Below, in pieces: positions 9,201 to 17,990 of a stretch of DNA of 64,000 nt (positions are counted from its first letter, which is position 1; the number at the start of each line of letters is the position of its first letter). Where the stretch lies: positions 1 through 64,000 of IMG/VR virus record IMGVR_UViG_3300036981_000255; one strand, written 5' to 3'. A program made the translations under genes and the position numbers. Below the pieces are notes generated by a model that ran no database searches, was not told the origin of the DNA, and worked only from the letters and a program-made list of their open reading frames with translations. Source of the DNA: a virus.

Positions 9201-9373
9201 GCTATAATTTCGTCAATTTTCGTAGATGACATTTTGTCTGTTATCAACGGTATCACATCTTGGAATAATTGTGCAGCATCAACCTTCAATCCTTTGGCTT
9301 GTGCTTTAATTCTATTGTAAATTTTGTTGGGCATGAACTCTTGGACAGAGCCATCATTTTTTGTTATTTTCAT
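6212..9373 (-). CDS. nrdA: Ribonucleotide reductase class Ia alpha subunit with intein
   Basis: N-terminal ATP cone, FATP, SNLC.EI split by an intein, MPTASS, GLKTGVYY, C-terminal CxxC. Confidence 0.95.
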   Translation of the reverse strand: MKITKNDGSVQEFMPNKIYNRIKAQAKGLKVDAAQLFQDVIPLITDKMSSTKIDEIIAFESADKCLNHPDYSLLGGRILMSRQSKLIDKPLAEVDMSYDFFAATTFLEKYSKRINNVPVELPSCMYHRVASYLSADEDECQLMLEELMTKRMNFATPIYTNMGIENRGAGISCNLTMLAGDTIEDIEETLTKIAYASKEGSGIGLLIDPIRSKQSYVKSFNGKAGGVVRLADMVQAKMRFYKQGSRAGSCALYLSLWHKDIVDFLELTLPTGDEQMRTRDLFTAVVINDLFMEKLQSNELWHLFCPNDLEMAGIKPLHDLWGKEFEAEYQKAVDLGLGQPIEPKKLWDFIIKSQVESGKPYVMFKDNANKNNMQRNIGVVKQSNLCVAPNTKILTDKGYIEIQTLENQEVNVWNGEEFSKTVVQKTGENQQMLNITTDSGHQLTCTEYHKFYVQTGYKGQKSKKNKYELIEKRANELQIGDKLIKHELPIINGEKELEYAYENGFYTGDGCLTDSGQRIYLYGQKRELKSLFTMPLIGEWSTQEKQDREYCHTRVLKDKFFIPNSEYSIKSRLDWLAGLLDSDGTVTNNCGSQSLQIASVNIPFLSDLQLMLQTLGVYSKVTLTREAGQYLLPSNNVNQEKNILFDCQTVYRILINGNSLYKLHNLGLQCHRLKYTIKQPNREAYTFIKIQNIEKEPILSDTYCFNEPKKHKGMFNGILTGNCNEIYQVSKPHYTAQCTLGSINLAEHDNLETIAHSASVMVRALNAVIDKNKWSDDWSKNAGLDQRALAIGVAGLADFFAKKKISFESEEAKQWNHDIFQTIYKAALLESHKMSLEQGRVYPAWYGSPYEQGLTYIDGWSPCENGKPIAVLNSLFVGLMPTASSAILLGVFESFEPVTSNLFTRKVGQGEFVIINKYLINELDELGLWNENMKNELIKNAGSIQKIFQIPEDIRFRYKDVWEIPQKTLLELSAIRNKYVDQSQSLNVYHADAKYSKISSALMFAWKNGLKTGVYYTRTKDIRENNHKLAVTESTDLPQKPKDSPFECFGCSS
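7208..8218 (-). mobile_element. Intein with LAGLIDADG endonuclease in NrdA (337 aa)
   Basis: QSNL|CVAPNT...CTEYHKF...GFYTGDG...WLAGLLDSDG...GILTGN|CNEI; +1 residue is the catalytic Cys. Confidence 0.93.
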
Positions 9374-9388
9374 TATTTTATTGATTTT

Positions 9389-9604
9389 TTATTCTGAAAT
9401 AATTATTCCTTTACATTTATTACATTTATTATTGACATTTTCATAAACAGTTATCTTTCTCCGTTTTGAACATACACATAATTTGTTTGAATAACCGAAA
9501 ATGTTCAAAATTTGTTCAATTGCTACATTTTTGTCAATATTATCGTGGTCGTATTCAACAAGTATTTCTCTTAGTTCTCTGTTAATTAAGTCAAGTTGCG
9601 TCAT
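9389..9604 (-). CDS. Small Cys-containing hypothetical protein
   Basis: 71 aa with CxC and CxxC. Confidence 0.6.
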   Translation of the reverse strand: MTQLDLINRELREILVEYDHDNIDKNVAIEQILNIFGYSNKLCVCSKRRKITVYENVNNKCNKCKGIIISE

Positions 9605-9650
9605 AGTTAAAAGTCTTGTTTTAACAAGTTAAAAATCCTGTTTTGATAAA

Positions 9651-10604
9651 TCAAAAATCTTCGTCAAAAATGTTAGCGTTATTCGTTGGAATTTCAACCT
9701 TTGTATATTGACCAGAGCGTTGTTCAAAGAAATTGTTTTTTGCTAAAAGCCCTAGACGTGCCATATAATTCAAAGGATTATTCACATTGAAAGCCTTAGA
9801 TATTCCAAAATCGTTTAGAATTGTATCTGTAACAAATTGAACATATTGAATCATCATATCCTTTGTAAGACCTGACAATCCTTCTGGCATAGATTCTTCT
9901 ACAAATACCTTTTCAACTTCGTAACACTCTAAGATTATTTGTTGTATGTCTTTAGATGATAATTTAAAATCGTCTGAAATGTAGTTATTGTACAAATAAA
10001 CAGCAAAATTATAATGTGAAGTTTCATCACGAATAATCAATTCATTCATTGCGCCCAAGCCCTCCATCTTATTACGGCTTCTGAACCAAAATACACCTGC
10101 GAAAACTGATGAAAACGACAAACCTTCAACACAAGCAAAAGCAATCAATCGGTGGACTAATGATTGGTGGTCAAGCCATTTTTTTGCCCAAGATGCTTTT
10201 TTACTGACAGCTAAATTTGTGTCCATCGAATTGAAAAGGTCTTTTTTATCTTTCAAATCCGTGATATATGTGTCAATTAGCAAACTATACGCTTCTGCGT
10301 GAATTTGTTCAATGGCTATTTGGTTTCCATAGAAATATTGGGCTTCCATAATATCAACATTGTTGTAAAACATTGTGGCAATGTTGTCAATTACCAATCC
10401 ATCAGAAATTGTGAAAAACGCAAGAATATTTTTCAAATAAATTTGCTCATTTGGCAATAATTCATCATATTTGTCTTTGCTTAAATCTACGTCTTCTGCA
10501 AGCCAAGGTTGCTTTTTATTAACATTATAAAAGTCCCATAAATCTTGGTACAAAATTGGAAACAATGAATACCTTTTTTCAACTTCTTTTGTTTTGAAAT
10601 ACAT
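9651..10604 (-). CDS. nrdB: Ribonucleotide reductase class Ia beta subunit
   Basis: EQIHAEAY, VEGLSFSSVF, IRDETSH di-iron motifs, NFFE. Confidence 0.95.
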   Translation of the reverse strand: MYFKTKEVEKRYSLFPILYQDLWDFYNVNKKQPWLAEDVDLSKDKYDELLPNEQIYLKNILAFFTISDGLVIDNIATMFYNNVDIMEAQYFYGNQIAIEQIHAEAYSLLIDTYITDLKDKKDLFNSMDTNLAVSKKASWAKKWLDHQSLVHRLIAFACVEGLSFSSVFAGVFWFRSRNKMEGLGAMNELIIRDETSHYNFAVYLYNNYISDDFKLSSKDIQQIILECYEVEKVFVEESMPEGLSGLTKDMMIQYVQFVTDTILNDFGISKAFNVNNPLNYMARLGLLAKNNFFEQRSGQYTKVEIPTNNANIFDEDF

Positions 10605-10622
10605 TTGTTAGTTATTTGATGT

Positions 10623-10922
10623 TTAATTGTTGCAAGTATCACTTGCAACCAGAGTTTGATAATATTGTGATGTGCTGTTGTCGGAAATAGAATTGCAAAA
10701 AACTTCATAAGGTTTTTGTCCTTCTAAATAGTAATACGGTTGGATTATAGGCATATTGGGATTGTACGGAATTTCCTTTTGCAATGTGATGATTTGTAAA
10801 TTCGGTACAATTTTAAACTCTTTAAGTTCAGGCATTTTTGTCAAAAGGTCTACAATCTGTTCAACAGATACTTCATTAAGAATCTGGAGAGTTTTTTCTG
10901 TAAAGTTAATGTTAATGTTCAT
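10623..10922 (-). CDS. Hypothetical protein
   Basis: 99-aa ORF. Confidence 0.65.
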   Translation of the reverse strand: MNININFTEKTLQILNEVSVEQIVDLLTKMPELKEFKIVPNLQIITLQKEIPYNPNMPIIQPYYYLEGQKPYEVFCNSISDNSTSQYYQTLVASDTCNN

Positions 10923-10946
10923 AGTTTATTGTTAATTATTTGTATG

Positions 10947-11402
10947 TTATTGCATCTGTTGAATATCTTCTTCTGTGTTAGGTACAAAGTCAAAAGAAAC
11001 AGTTTTAGAATAAACCCTTTGAGCTTTTGGAAAATTTACTGATGATATTGTTTCATCTTCATTGGATGTAGTATCAGACTTATCAACATTTTGAAAATAT
11101 TGAAACCATTTATCTTTAATCAGTTTAAAATCCTTTTCGCTGTCAAATGAAGTTTCAGATGCGTTTTTATTCAAATGTATATAGTTTGAAGATTCCCTTG
11201 AATTTTGCCAAAATCTATGGTCTTCATGATTTTCACATTGATAAACGCTGTTGCCGTCCATTACCAATAACATTTGATTGTCATCAGTGTACAAATCACT
11301 ATTACAGCAAGGACATTTTAGGTGGGATTTTTCTACCTTTGCGAATTTATTTTTCTTTAGATTTTCTATTAGTTCTGTCATTGTTTCTTTATTCTGTGTC
11401 AT
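10947..11402 (-). CDS. Zn-ribbon-like hypothetical protein with a capsid-like C-terminal motif
   Basis: CPCC...CxxH; ends VNFPKAQRVYSKTVSFDFV. Confidence 0.65.
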   Translation of the reverse strand: MTQNKETMTELIENLKKNKFAKVEKSHLKCPCCNSDLYTDDNQMLLVMDGNSVYQCENHEDHRFWQNSRESSNYIHLNKNASETSFDSEKDFKLIKDKWFQYFQNVDKSDTTSNEDETISSVNFPKAQRVYSKTVSFDFVPNTEEDIQQMQ

Positions 11403-11701
11403 TAAAAGAGATAAGTTTCGATAAAATCGTTATTAAACAAATTGTGACCATTATTTCAAACCCTAAAAATTTATCTAAGGCACAAACACAGATTGCTATT
11501 GTGAGTAATTTTACAATATCCATCTTATTTTTCTTTTTATTTGTATGTTATTATAAGTATCGGTCAAATTTATTTTAAGGATATTGTTCAGATTTATTTT
11601 TTATAATTTCTGCTCTCATAATTTCATATATTTGGAGTAAGAAAAACACCCATCAACTTTACTGTGGTTGGGTAGTTTATTGAACGCATTTATCATAAGA
11701 C

Positions 11702-12115
11702 TTACAAGTTATAATATTCCTTTAATTCTGGTTCAAGATGTATATTCCCAATGACTTCACATTCATGCCAAGCGAAATCGCCATTGATATACCAAAGAAT
11801 TTCCGCTTGGAATTGCCAAATCTCTTTACCTTCGTTGTAAGATAAAAGTCCAATGCTTTCTCTTTCATTATCTGCGCTTTTTTGTCTACTATGATGATAT
11901 TTGAAAATATCACCCTCTTTCATTTCTTGACCATTCATGTCTTGTTGGTTGGTAGAACGTAATTTAGTTTTAGTTGCTAACTTTTGTTCATCGACCAGTT
12001 GGGACATTAAAAAATTTGCATGATTTTCAGCATCGTTACGAAAATTCGATGCAAAGGCGTGAAAACAACTATCGACTATTTTTAAAACGTCTGAAGATGT
12101 GTAATTATGTGTCAT
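11702..12115 (-). CDS. YopX-like domain protein
   Basis: ST.QQDMNGQEMKEGDI and C-terminal EVIGNIHLEPEL. Confidence 0.7.
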   Translation of the reverse strand: MTHNYTSSDVLKIVDSCFHAFASNFRNDAENHANFLMSQLVDEQKLATKTKLRSTNQQDMNGQEMKEGDIFKYHHSRQKSADNERESIGLLSYNEGKEIWQFQAEILWYINGDFAWHECEVIGNIHLEPELKEYYNL

Positions 12116-12162
12116 TTGTTTTTTATTTTAGTTAATACTTGTGTTGATTTCCAGCCCATAAT

Positions 12163-12348
12163 TTAAGAATTTTTAGTAATTTGGTTTATTTTTTCCTTTA
12201 ATCTTGTGTTGAAGAAATTATCCTTACCATGTGTTTTAGTTTCAATAATAGTTTCACCTAAATAGACGAATAGTTTATATTTGTCTTCTTCTGACATGTC
12301 TTTCACAATGTTTTGCAGATTTTCCATAATTATTCGTTTTCTAAACAA
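12163..12348 (-). CDS. Hypothetical protein
   Basis: Short ORF, probable start MENLQ. Confidence 0.5.
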   Translation of the reverse strand: MFRKRIIMENLQNIVKDMSEEDKYKLFVYLGETIIETKTHGKDNFFNTRLKEKINQITKNS

Positions 12349-12635
12349 GTGTCATCAAACACGAAGAAATCTTTATAACCTTCAAATGAAGTTATAGTCA
12401 AATGATTTGCCATTGATTTCAAAATGTCTTCTAAATCACCACAAGACATGTTTGGTAATTCTTTGGTGAATGTTCCTCCGAGCATTTGGAGATAGGGTAT
12501 TTTTTCAAAGATAGAATTTAATGTGTTTTCAACGTCTGTTGACATAAATGAGTCATAATTCTCTTGAAAGTCGTAAATTAATTCTTCGGCATGTTTTCGA
12601 GTGAAAACTTTTTTTGTTTCGGTTGCTGTGTTCAT
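12330..12635 (-). CDS. Hypothetical protein
   Basis: 101-aa ORF directly after a GGAACT-N17-GTT motif. Confidence 0.7.
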   Translation of the reverse strand: MNTATETKKVFTRKHAEELIYDFQENYDSFMSTDVENTLNSIFEKIPYLQMLGGTFTKELPNMSCGDLEDILKSMANHLTITSFEGYKDFFVFDDTCLENE

Positions 12636-12671
12636 TGTCTATGTTATTTTTTTTGCTTGTGATATTAATGA

Positions 12672-12697
12672 AACGTCCTTTGATTTATTTTAGTTCC
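12672..12697 (-). promoter_or_regulatory. GGAACT-N17-GTT promoter motif
   Basis: Intergenic, exact spacing. Confidence 0.65.
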
Positions 12698-12707
12698 ATT
12701 TGTTTCT

Positions 12708-12746
12708 AAAAAAGTCATTAGTTTTTAAAAAAAGTCATTAGTTTTT
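12708..12746. repeat. Tandem 19-20 bp duplication over the endonuclease stop codon
   Basis: AAAAAAGTCATTAGTTTTT occurs twice. Confidence 0.8.
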
Positions 12747-13718
12747 CAAGTGAAAATTCAAAAGAGAAATTATTTCTTCATCAGATAATGTATAGGGAAT
12801 TTCGATAAGATTAAAACCATTAGATTTTGCGAAAAGTCTTTTGATTTGGTCACGTTGCTGATTTAATTCAAATTTTTTCACTCCTCCAAATCTTTTAACT
12901 GGTTCGTAATGTTGAATTCCTTGATATTCTATAATAATCTCTGAATTTATTGTCAAATGTGTATTTTTATCCATAGGAATGTAAAAGTCAAATGCTAACC
13001 TTTTTTTGTTAACACATTTAGCGAATTTAGCTTGTTGTATATATTGAATTTGATTATCGTCTAACCAGTTTTTTATAAATAACTCTCCCTTTGAACTGAC
13101 GCAATTCCTACAACCATATTTTTTATATATATGATTTGCAAGTATTTGTTCAAAAATTGTGTGGCATTTATTACATATAATTTTTATTTTTACACGACTG
13201 TTTTTGTATTCTACTAATTTATAATCATATTTGTCTGCGCCATGCACCTTTTGGGCTTCATTTATAAAATTTATTAAAGATTTTTTACGAATTAAACTTA
13301 AATTGTTATGGCTACAAACTTTACAACCTTGTTTACTATTTAGATGATTATCAGGTGTTTGTTCAAATATAATTTGACACTTATTACATTTAATTTTTAC
13401 TTTAATTTTACTATTTTTATAATCAACTAAACTATAATCATATTTATCAATACCATGTGTGTTATGTGCTTCATTAATGAATTCATTTTTTGTTTTAGTG
13501 TAATAGGATGAAACACTATTAAACTTACAAATATTACAACTACTATTTCCACGTAAATGTGTATCTGGAATAACTTCAAAAACATGCTGACATTTTTTAC
13601 AAGTTAATTGTACTTTAGTTTTACAATTTATGTAATTAACGTCAGCGTATATAAAACTTTCAAATCCATATTTTTTTATTGATTTTGCTATGAAATCCTC
13701 TGCTGTTAATTTCTTCAT
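12738..13718 (-). CDS. Free-standing homing-type endonuclease (3 Cys-rich repeats + PD-(D/E)XK/Vsr-like domain)
   Basis: Repeats FI.EA...HG.DKYDY..V.YKNS..K..I.CxKC...FEQ..NH...GCxxC; C-terminal SKGE...FDFYIP...IEYQGIQHY. Confidence 0.8.
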   Translation of the reverse strand: MKKLTAEDFIAKSIKKYGFESFIYADVNYINCKTKVQLTCKKCQHVFEVIPDTHLRGNSSCNICKFNSVSSYYTKTKNEFINEAHNTHGIDKYDYSLVDYKNSKIKVKIKCNKCQIIFEQTPDNHLNSKQGCKVCSHNNLSLIRKKSLINFINEAQKVHGADKYDYKLVEYKNSRVKIKIICNKCHTIFEQILANHIYKKYGCRNCVSSKGELFIKNWLDDNQIQYIQQAKFAKCVNKKRLAFDFYIPMDKNTHLTINSEIIIEYQGIQHYEPVKRFGGVKKFELNQQRDQIKRLFAKSNGFNLIEIPYTLSDEEIISLLNFHLKN

Positions 13719-13721
13719 ATA

Positions 13722-16202
13722 TTATTTCTTTTTATTTTTATAAATCTCATCAGTTGTTATGCTTGTGATGCTTCCCTTGTCTTTCACCTCGATTTCCATT
13801 GTTCCATTATTGAAAATACATTTATAAGAATGTCCGTCTCGTCCAATACGACTTCCAAGCACTGAAATTGTACCTTCATTTTCAAGGCGTTGTTCTAAAC
13901 TTCGACCTATTGACATTATGAAATGTCCGATTTTGGCTTTTGAAAGACCTCCTCCCATCATGTCAACGGTTACAAGTGATGCGCCAGTTGAAGCTCTACC
14001 CCCTTGAGTAAATGCCCAAACCGCAAGGTCGTGATTTGTAGCAACACGTTCCAAACCCCTCATGATTTCAGCATCACCTTCATAAGATTCTTTATATTTA
14101 CCTTCTGTTTTTAAAACATCTATATAATCAATTACAACCATGTCAAAAGATATTTTTTTAAATTCCCCCGATTTTACACCATTTTCATCAATATTTTGAA
14201 AATAAACCCCTCTATTTTTTGCTTTTTGTAGTAATTTGTCTATATCGGAAACTTTTGTATTTGTGCAATCCATTTTGTGGATTACTAGACTTCCGCCAGC
14301 ATCTTTAATTTTTTTCAATTTGGCATCTGAACGTGTAATTACAGTTTTTTTATTTTTAACATTTCCAACTGCATTTAAGCCCATTCCAGAAAATTTACTT
14401 CTATGTTTTTTAAAGATTTGGCTTTTGGTATCTTCAAACACAATTTGTAAAACATTATACCCTTGTAAACTTGCATGATTGCAAATATATGAACCGAAAG
14501 TTGTATTATGAGTTAAAATCATATCTGTTGTTACATATAATTCATCTGGATTAGACACTTTAATACATGTACATTCGACTTTACCAACAAGCTCAATAGA
14601 CTTAAATCTTCTTTCTTTAGGTTTTACATTTAATGGTTGATACTTCTTTTGTCTGTCACCGAAATATGATATTAGACCGAATGGATATGAGAAGTTAAAT
14701 CTAGTTCGATAAGCAATTCTTTGTTTTTTATTTCTTTGCCCCAATATAAATTGAGCTGTTGAAGGGACTTTTGAATATTCAGATATTATAAAGCCACCTA
14801 ACGAGAAAAGAAGTGTTTTGAAATCCTGTTGCAATTGTTCTGAAAGTGATGTAAATGCCATTTTTCCGTTATAAACTGCTACTCCTGCATCATACATACC
14901 ACGGAACAATTCACGTCTGTTTTCAAGGCTCGAAAATAACGCATTGTGTGGAATGAACTTTTGAGTTTGTTTTTTGTCAAATAAGTTGAGTTCTTTCAAC
15001 ACATTTAAAGTTTCTTCACAATCAATTGTGTAATGTGTGAAGCCAGATATTTGAACTGTTCCATTTGGTAGAAAAGTTTGCAATAAATCACGCTGCTTTT
15101 GGTCTGTGCAATAAAATCTTAAATTTTGACGAAAATAATCTCCTCGGACTAACAAAAACCCCAATAGATATGGATGAATCTTTGGAAATTCATTTGTAAA
15201 ATCAAAAGGTTTGATTTTTGGAATGATATATCCACAGGTGATTTTATCAAAATCTTTCGATATTTCTTCTAAATCTTTGGTGAGGTATCGTTGAACGCCA
15301 CGTTTTTTGAAATGGTCTTGACATTTTCTATCTTGAACAGTCCAAAGATGTTCCTTGCAACATTGGGTTTTTGAACCATCTTCAAAAGATACTTCATAAA
15401 CGTCTTTTAAACCCTGTGGATATACACCTAACACCTTTTGACTTTTACCGTCACTTCCAAGGATTTCGTCACCCACTTGAATTTCACCCATTAATTTGTA
15501 ACCATTTGGCGTGTAGATTCTACAAGTGTTTGGTTGTGCTTTTCCTACTTTAAGGGCTGCGATTACCAAAGCCAATTCCTTATTTGATAACCCACCTGAC
15601 ATGTCGCTATCTAGTTCAGCAATGCCAGTAGGAATTGGGTGTCTTTGTCCTTCCTCAAGGTCATCTATGAAACCTTCTGTGAATGCTTCAAGTTCATCTT
15701 CATCTTCCATTTCTACAATAGCACTCGACATTATCTGTGCTATTTCTTTGTAGTCGCTATATTTCCCTTTGTTTATATAGTTATTCTCTATGTTTTGCCA
15801 AGCGAGATAGATGTTTTTAGTGTTGATAAAGTCTATGGAATTTTGTTTAACATATTCAGCATCTTCATCATCAACGCATTTGACTTGCTTTAAATACTCC
15901 ATAAGAATATCAACTTGCAATTCATTGGACACATTTTTGGTTTTGATTATTGATTCTAATGTATCATAAAAAGGAATATTGGTGTTGGAATTGTAATATT
16001 CTTTGATGTAGTTGATAAGGATTTTGGCATTATTGTTTTCAAAGTGAGAATTTGAAATTTTGTGAATCATTTTTTTTCCAAAGACGGCATCACGTTTGTA
16101 TTTGTCGCCTTTTAATTCTTTTGTGCCGATGATTTGTTTTAGAACCTTTTTTTCATAGGATTCTCCGAAATATCTAAGGTTTTTTTCGTTGAAATTGTGC
16201 AT
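13722..16202 (-). CDS. Replicative DnaB/gp41-like helicase with intein
   Basis: IPTGIAELD..MSGGL, P-loop VGK|T split by an intein, VVIDYID, WAFTQ, SRIGRDG. Confidence 0.9.
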   Translation of the reverse strand: MHNFNEKNLRYFGESYEKKVLKQIIGTKELKGDKYKRDAVFGKKMIHKISNSHFENNNAKILINYIKEYYNSNTNIPFYDTLESIIKTKNVSNELQVDILMEYLKQVKCVDDEDAEYVKQNSIDFINTKNIYLAWQNIENNYINKGKYSDYKEIAQIMSSAIVEMEDEDELEAFTEGFIDDLEEGQRHPIPTGIAELDSDMSGGLSNKELALVIAALKVGKAQPNTCRIYTPNGYKLMGEIQVGDEILGSDGKSQKVLGVYPQGLKDVYEVSFEDGSKTQCCKEHLWTVQDRKCQDHFKKRGVQRYLTKDLEEISKDFDKITCGYIIPKIKPFDFTNEFPKIHPYLLGFLLVRGDYFRQNLRFYCTDQKQRDLLQTFLPNGTVQISGFTHYTIDCEETLNVLKELNLFDKKQTQKFIPHNALFSSLENRRELFRGMYDAGVAVYNGKMAFTSLSEQLQQDFKTLLFSLGGFIISEYSKVPSTAQFILGQRNKKQRIAYRTRFNFSYPFGLISYFGDRQKKYQPLNVKPKERRFKSIELVGKVECTCIKVSNPDELYVTTDMILTHNTTFGSYICNHASLQGYNVLQIVFEDTKSQIFKKHRSKFSGMGLNAVGNVKNKKTVITRSDAKLKKIKDAGGSLVIHKMDCTNTKVSDIDKLLQKAKNRGVYFQNIDENGVKSGEFKKISFDMVVIDYIDVLKTEGKYKESYEGDAEIMRGLERVATNHDLAVWAFTQGGRASTGASLVTVDMMGGGLSKAKIGHFIMSIGRSLEQRLENEGTISVLGSRIGRDGHSYKCIFNNGTMEIEVKDKGSITSITTDEIYKNKKK
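14505..15539 (-). mobile_element. Class 3 (Ala1, W-C-T) intein in the helicase P-loop, degenerate LAGLIDADG domain (345 aa)
   Basis: GK|AQPNT...EHLWTV...VECTCIKV...ILTHN|TT; endonuclease motifs read LLGFLLVRGD and FRGMYDAGV. Confidence 0.88.
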
Positions 16203-16263
16203 CTTTTTGCGTTTGGTTAAGCGGTTAGAGAAATGAAGGGATTTGAGCGAGTTTGAATAAGAA

Positions 16264-16301
16264 AAAAAGAACTCAAAAGATTTTACGTTTTGAGTTCTTT
16301 T
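16264..16301 (-). terminator. Intrinsic terminator-like hairpin
   Basis: AAAAAGAACTCAAAA ... TTTTGAGTTCTTTT. Confidence 0.65.
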
Positions 16302-16340
16302 GGTTTTAAGGTTTTACTATGTCGGTTATAAACAACATTT

Positions 16341-16724
16341 TTAGGTTAGTTTGTCGATAATATACGACATCAATTGAACTGTGCAATATTTCCATTGATT
16401 TGGATTATCGTCATTGGACATTCTATCTTTTAAATCTTTTGGCATTCTGTCGATTAAACCTGCGTATAGGTATGTGGGATAATTACCATGAAATCTAGGT
16501 TGAATACCTATCAAAGTGGTTTCGTCCAAGCCTAACAATTGTAATTCCGATTTAATAACTTTAATGTTCCAATTACGATTGATATTATACAATTTCATCA
16601 ATTTAGATTGGTCTATATAATGCCTATCTTTATCGTTCTTACTAGTTATGAAATTTGGAAATATGCCAAAAATTGGCTCTTTTTCAAAGAAATCGAATAT
16701 GTACATGGTTATTTTATTTATCAA
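16341..16724 (-). CDS. Hypothetical protein
   Basis: 127-aa ORF. Confidence 0.65.
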   Translation of the reverse strand: MINKITMYIFDFFEKEPIFGIFPNFITSKNDKDRHYIDQSKLMKLYNINRNWNIKVIKSELQLLGLDETTLIGIQPRFHGNYPTYLYAGLIDRMPKDLKDRMSNDDNPNQWKYCTVQLMSYIIDKLT

Positions 16725-16944
16725 GGCATTTCAAGCTACAAAAACTGCCAAATTCGACATTATCATGTTCAATAGAACATAGTGGGCAAATAGTGTTGTG
16801 ATTTGGTCTTAATTTATGTTTAACATCTAGCGACCTTTTCCAGTACGCCTTTCGATTTCCAGAATATATGCCGTTGATTTCATTATCTGTTATCAACGAC
16901 ATAATATGGTTTATTTCGGCTTTTGTTAGTTTTACTGTTTCCAT
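16714..16944 (-). CDS. Small Cys-rich (zinc-binding) hypothetical protein
   Basis: CPLC...FCSLKC; likely start METVK. Confidence 0.65.
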   Translation of the reverse strand: METVKLTKAEINHIMSLITDNEINGIYSGNRKAYWKRSLDVKHKLRPNHNTICPLCSIEHDNVEFGSFCSLKCLDK

Positions 16945-16949
16945 TAAAA

Positions 16950-17990
16950 TTACATAGTCAAACAAGAACCAACAATTTCTGCGCTATTGGCTGTGAAAGT
17001 ATTCACCTTTGGACTTACAGTTAAAAATCTATTGGTATAATCATCAGCTCCGAAGGCTTCTTTGATGATGGTTCTCAAACCTTTGAAAGTTGTGTTTTCA
17101 TAATTTGTGATTTTTTTATCAGCAGCAGCCAAAGCCTTTTCAAGAGATTTGGTTTTGATGTTATCTTGACCTTCCAATGCTTCGGTGTACTTTTCAAATA
17201 CAACTGCTTTTTCACGTTTCAAAGAAGCAATTGTTCCCATAATAGATTGATAATCTTCAATATCTGCATAGGTCACGTTTTCTTTTTGCACCAATGGCTT
17301 TGGACTTTTAAAATAAACATTGAAGTCTTTCCAAATTTGGTTCAAAGGAGGTGTGAAATCTTTTCCATTGTATGAATAATCATCGGCTGAAAATGAACAT
17401 CTGAAGAGTTCACGTTTAACATACATGTCTTTCAATTGTTTTGACAATGAATGTAGTTCATCCCTTTCTTGTGGTGTGATTTTTCCAAAAACATTCATTT
17501 CTTGCAATTTGGCAAGTTTGTTTTTCAAAATATCAACTCTTGGTAAAAGACCTTCTTCATCACGTTTTAGTGAATGGTTGTCATAAATGACAAGTGTGAA
17601 TTTGTTGCCAGATGACTTTTGAGATTGTAAATTTGTGGCATAAATAGATGTGCTGCTGCGAGAAAGATATTCTTCTGTACCTTGACGTAAAGCCAATCGG
17701 AATACTTCAATCATTTTGTCGCCCATTGAGACGGCTTCCCATGAGTTTTCAAACACGTTTTCATAAATATGTGGCTTATTTTTACTGTTTTGAATTTCAG
17801 TCAATGGATTTGCGCCCAACCCTTCTGGTTCGTAAAATCTTGAATCAAAATCACGCTGCGCAATGTATTCTTGCCCATTGCGGTCAAAATTAGCAATCAA
17901 CTTGTCGTTGTACAACATTTGAAGTTGGAAACGATTTGGTTGTGATTTGTAATCACGTTCTTCACTTTTTTGGTTTTTGTTAGTTTGCAT
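16950..17990 (-). CDS. Hypothetical protein, coiled-coil rich
   Basis: 346-aa ORF coupled to the exonuclease gene. Confidence 0.75.
   Translation of the reverse strand: MQTNKNQKSEERDYKSQPNRFQLQMLYNDKLIANFDRNGQEYIAQRDFDSRFYEPEGLGANPLTEIQNSKNKPHIYENVFENSWEAVSMGDKMIEVFRLALRQGTEEYLSRSSTSIYATNLQSQKSSGNKFTLVIYDNHSLKRDEEGLLPRVDILKNKLAKLQEMNVFGKITPQERDELHSLSKQLKDMYVKRELFRCSFSADDYSYNGKDFTPPLNQIWKDFNVYFKSPKPLVQKENVTYADIEDYQSIMGTIASLKREKAVVFEKYTEALEGQDNIKTKSLEKALAAADKKITNYENTTFKGLRTIIKEAFGADDYTNRFLTVSPKVNTFTANSAEIVGSCLTM

Noticed and set aside
9606-9655. Imperfect 22-bp tandem repeat after nrdB
   Set aside because: Short, degenerate and AT-rich; likely local slippage.
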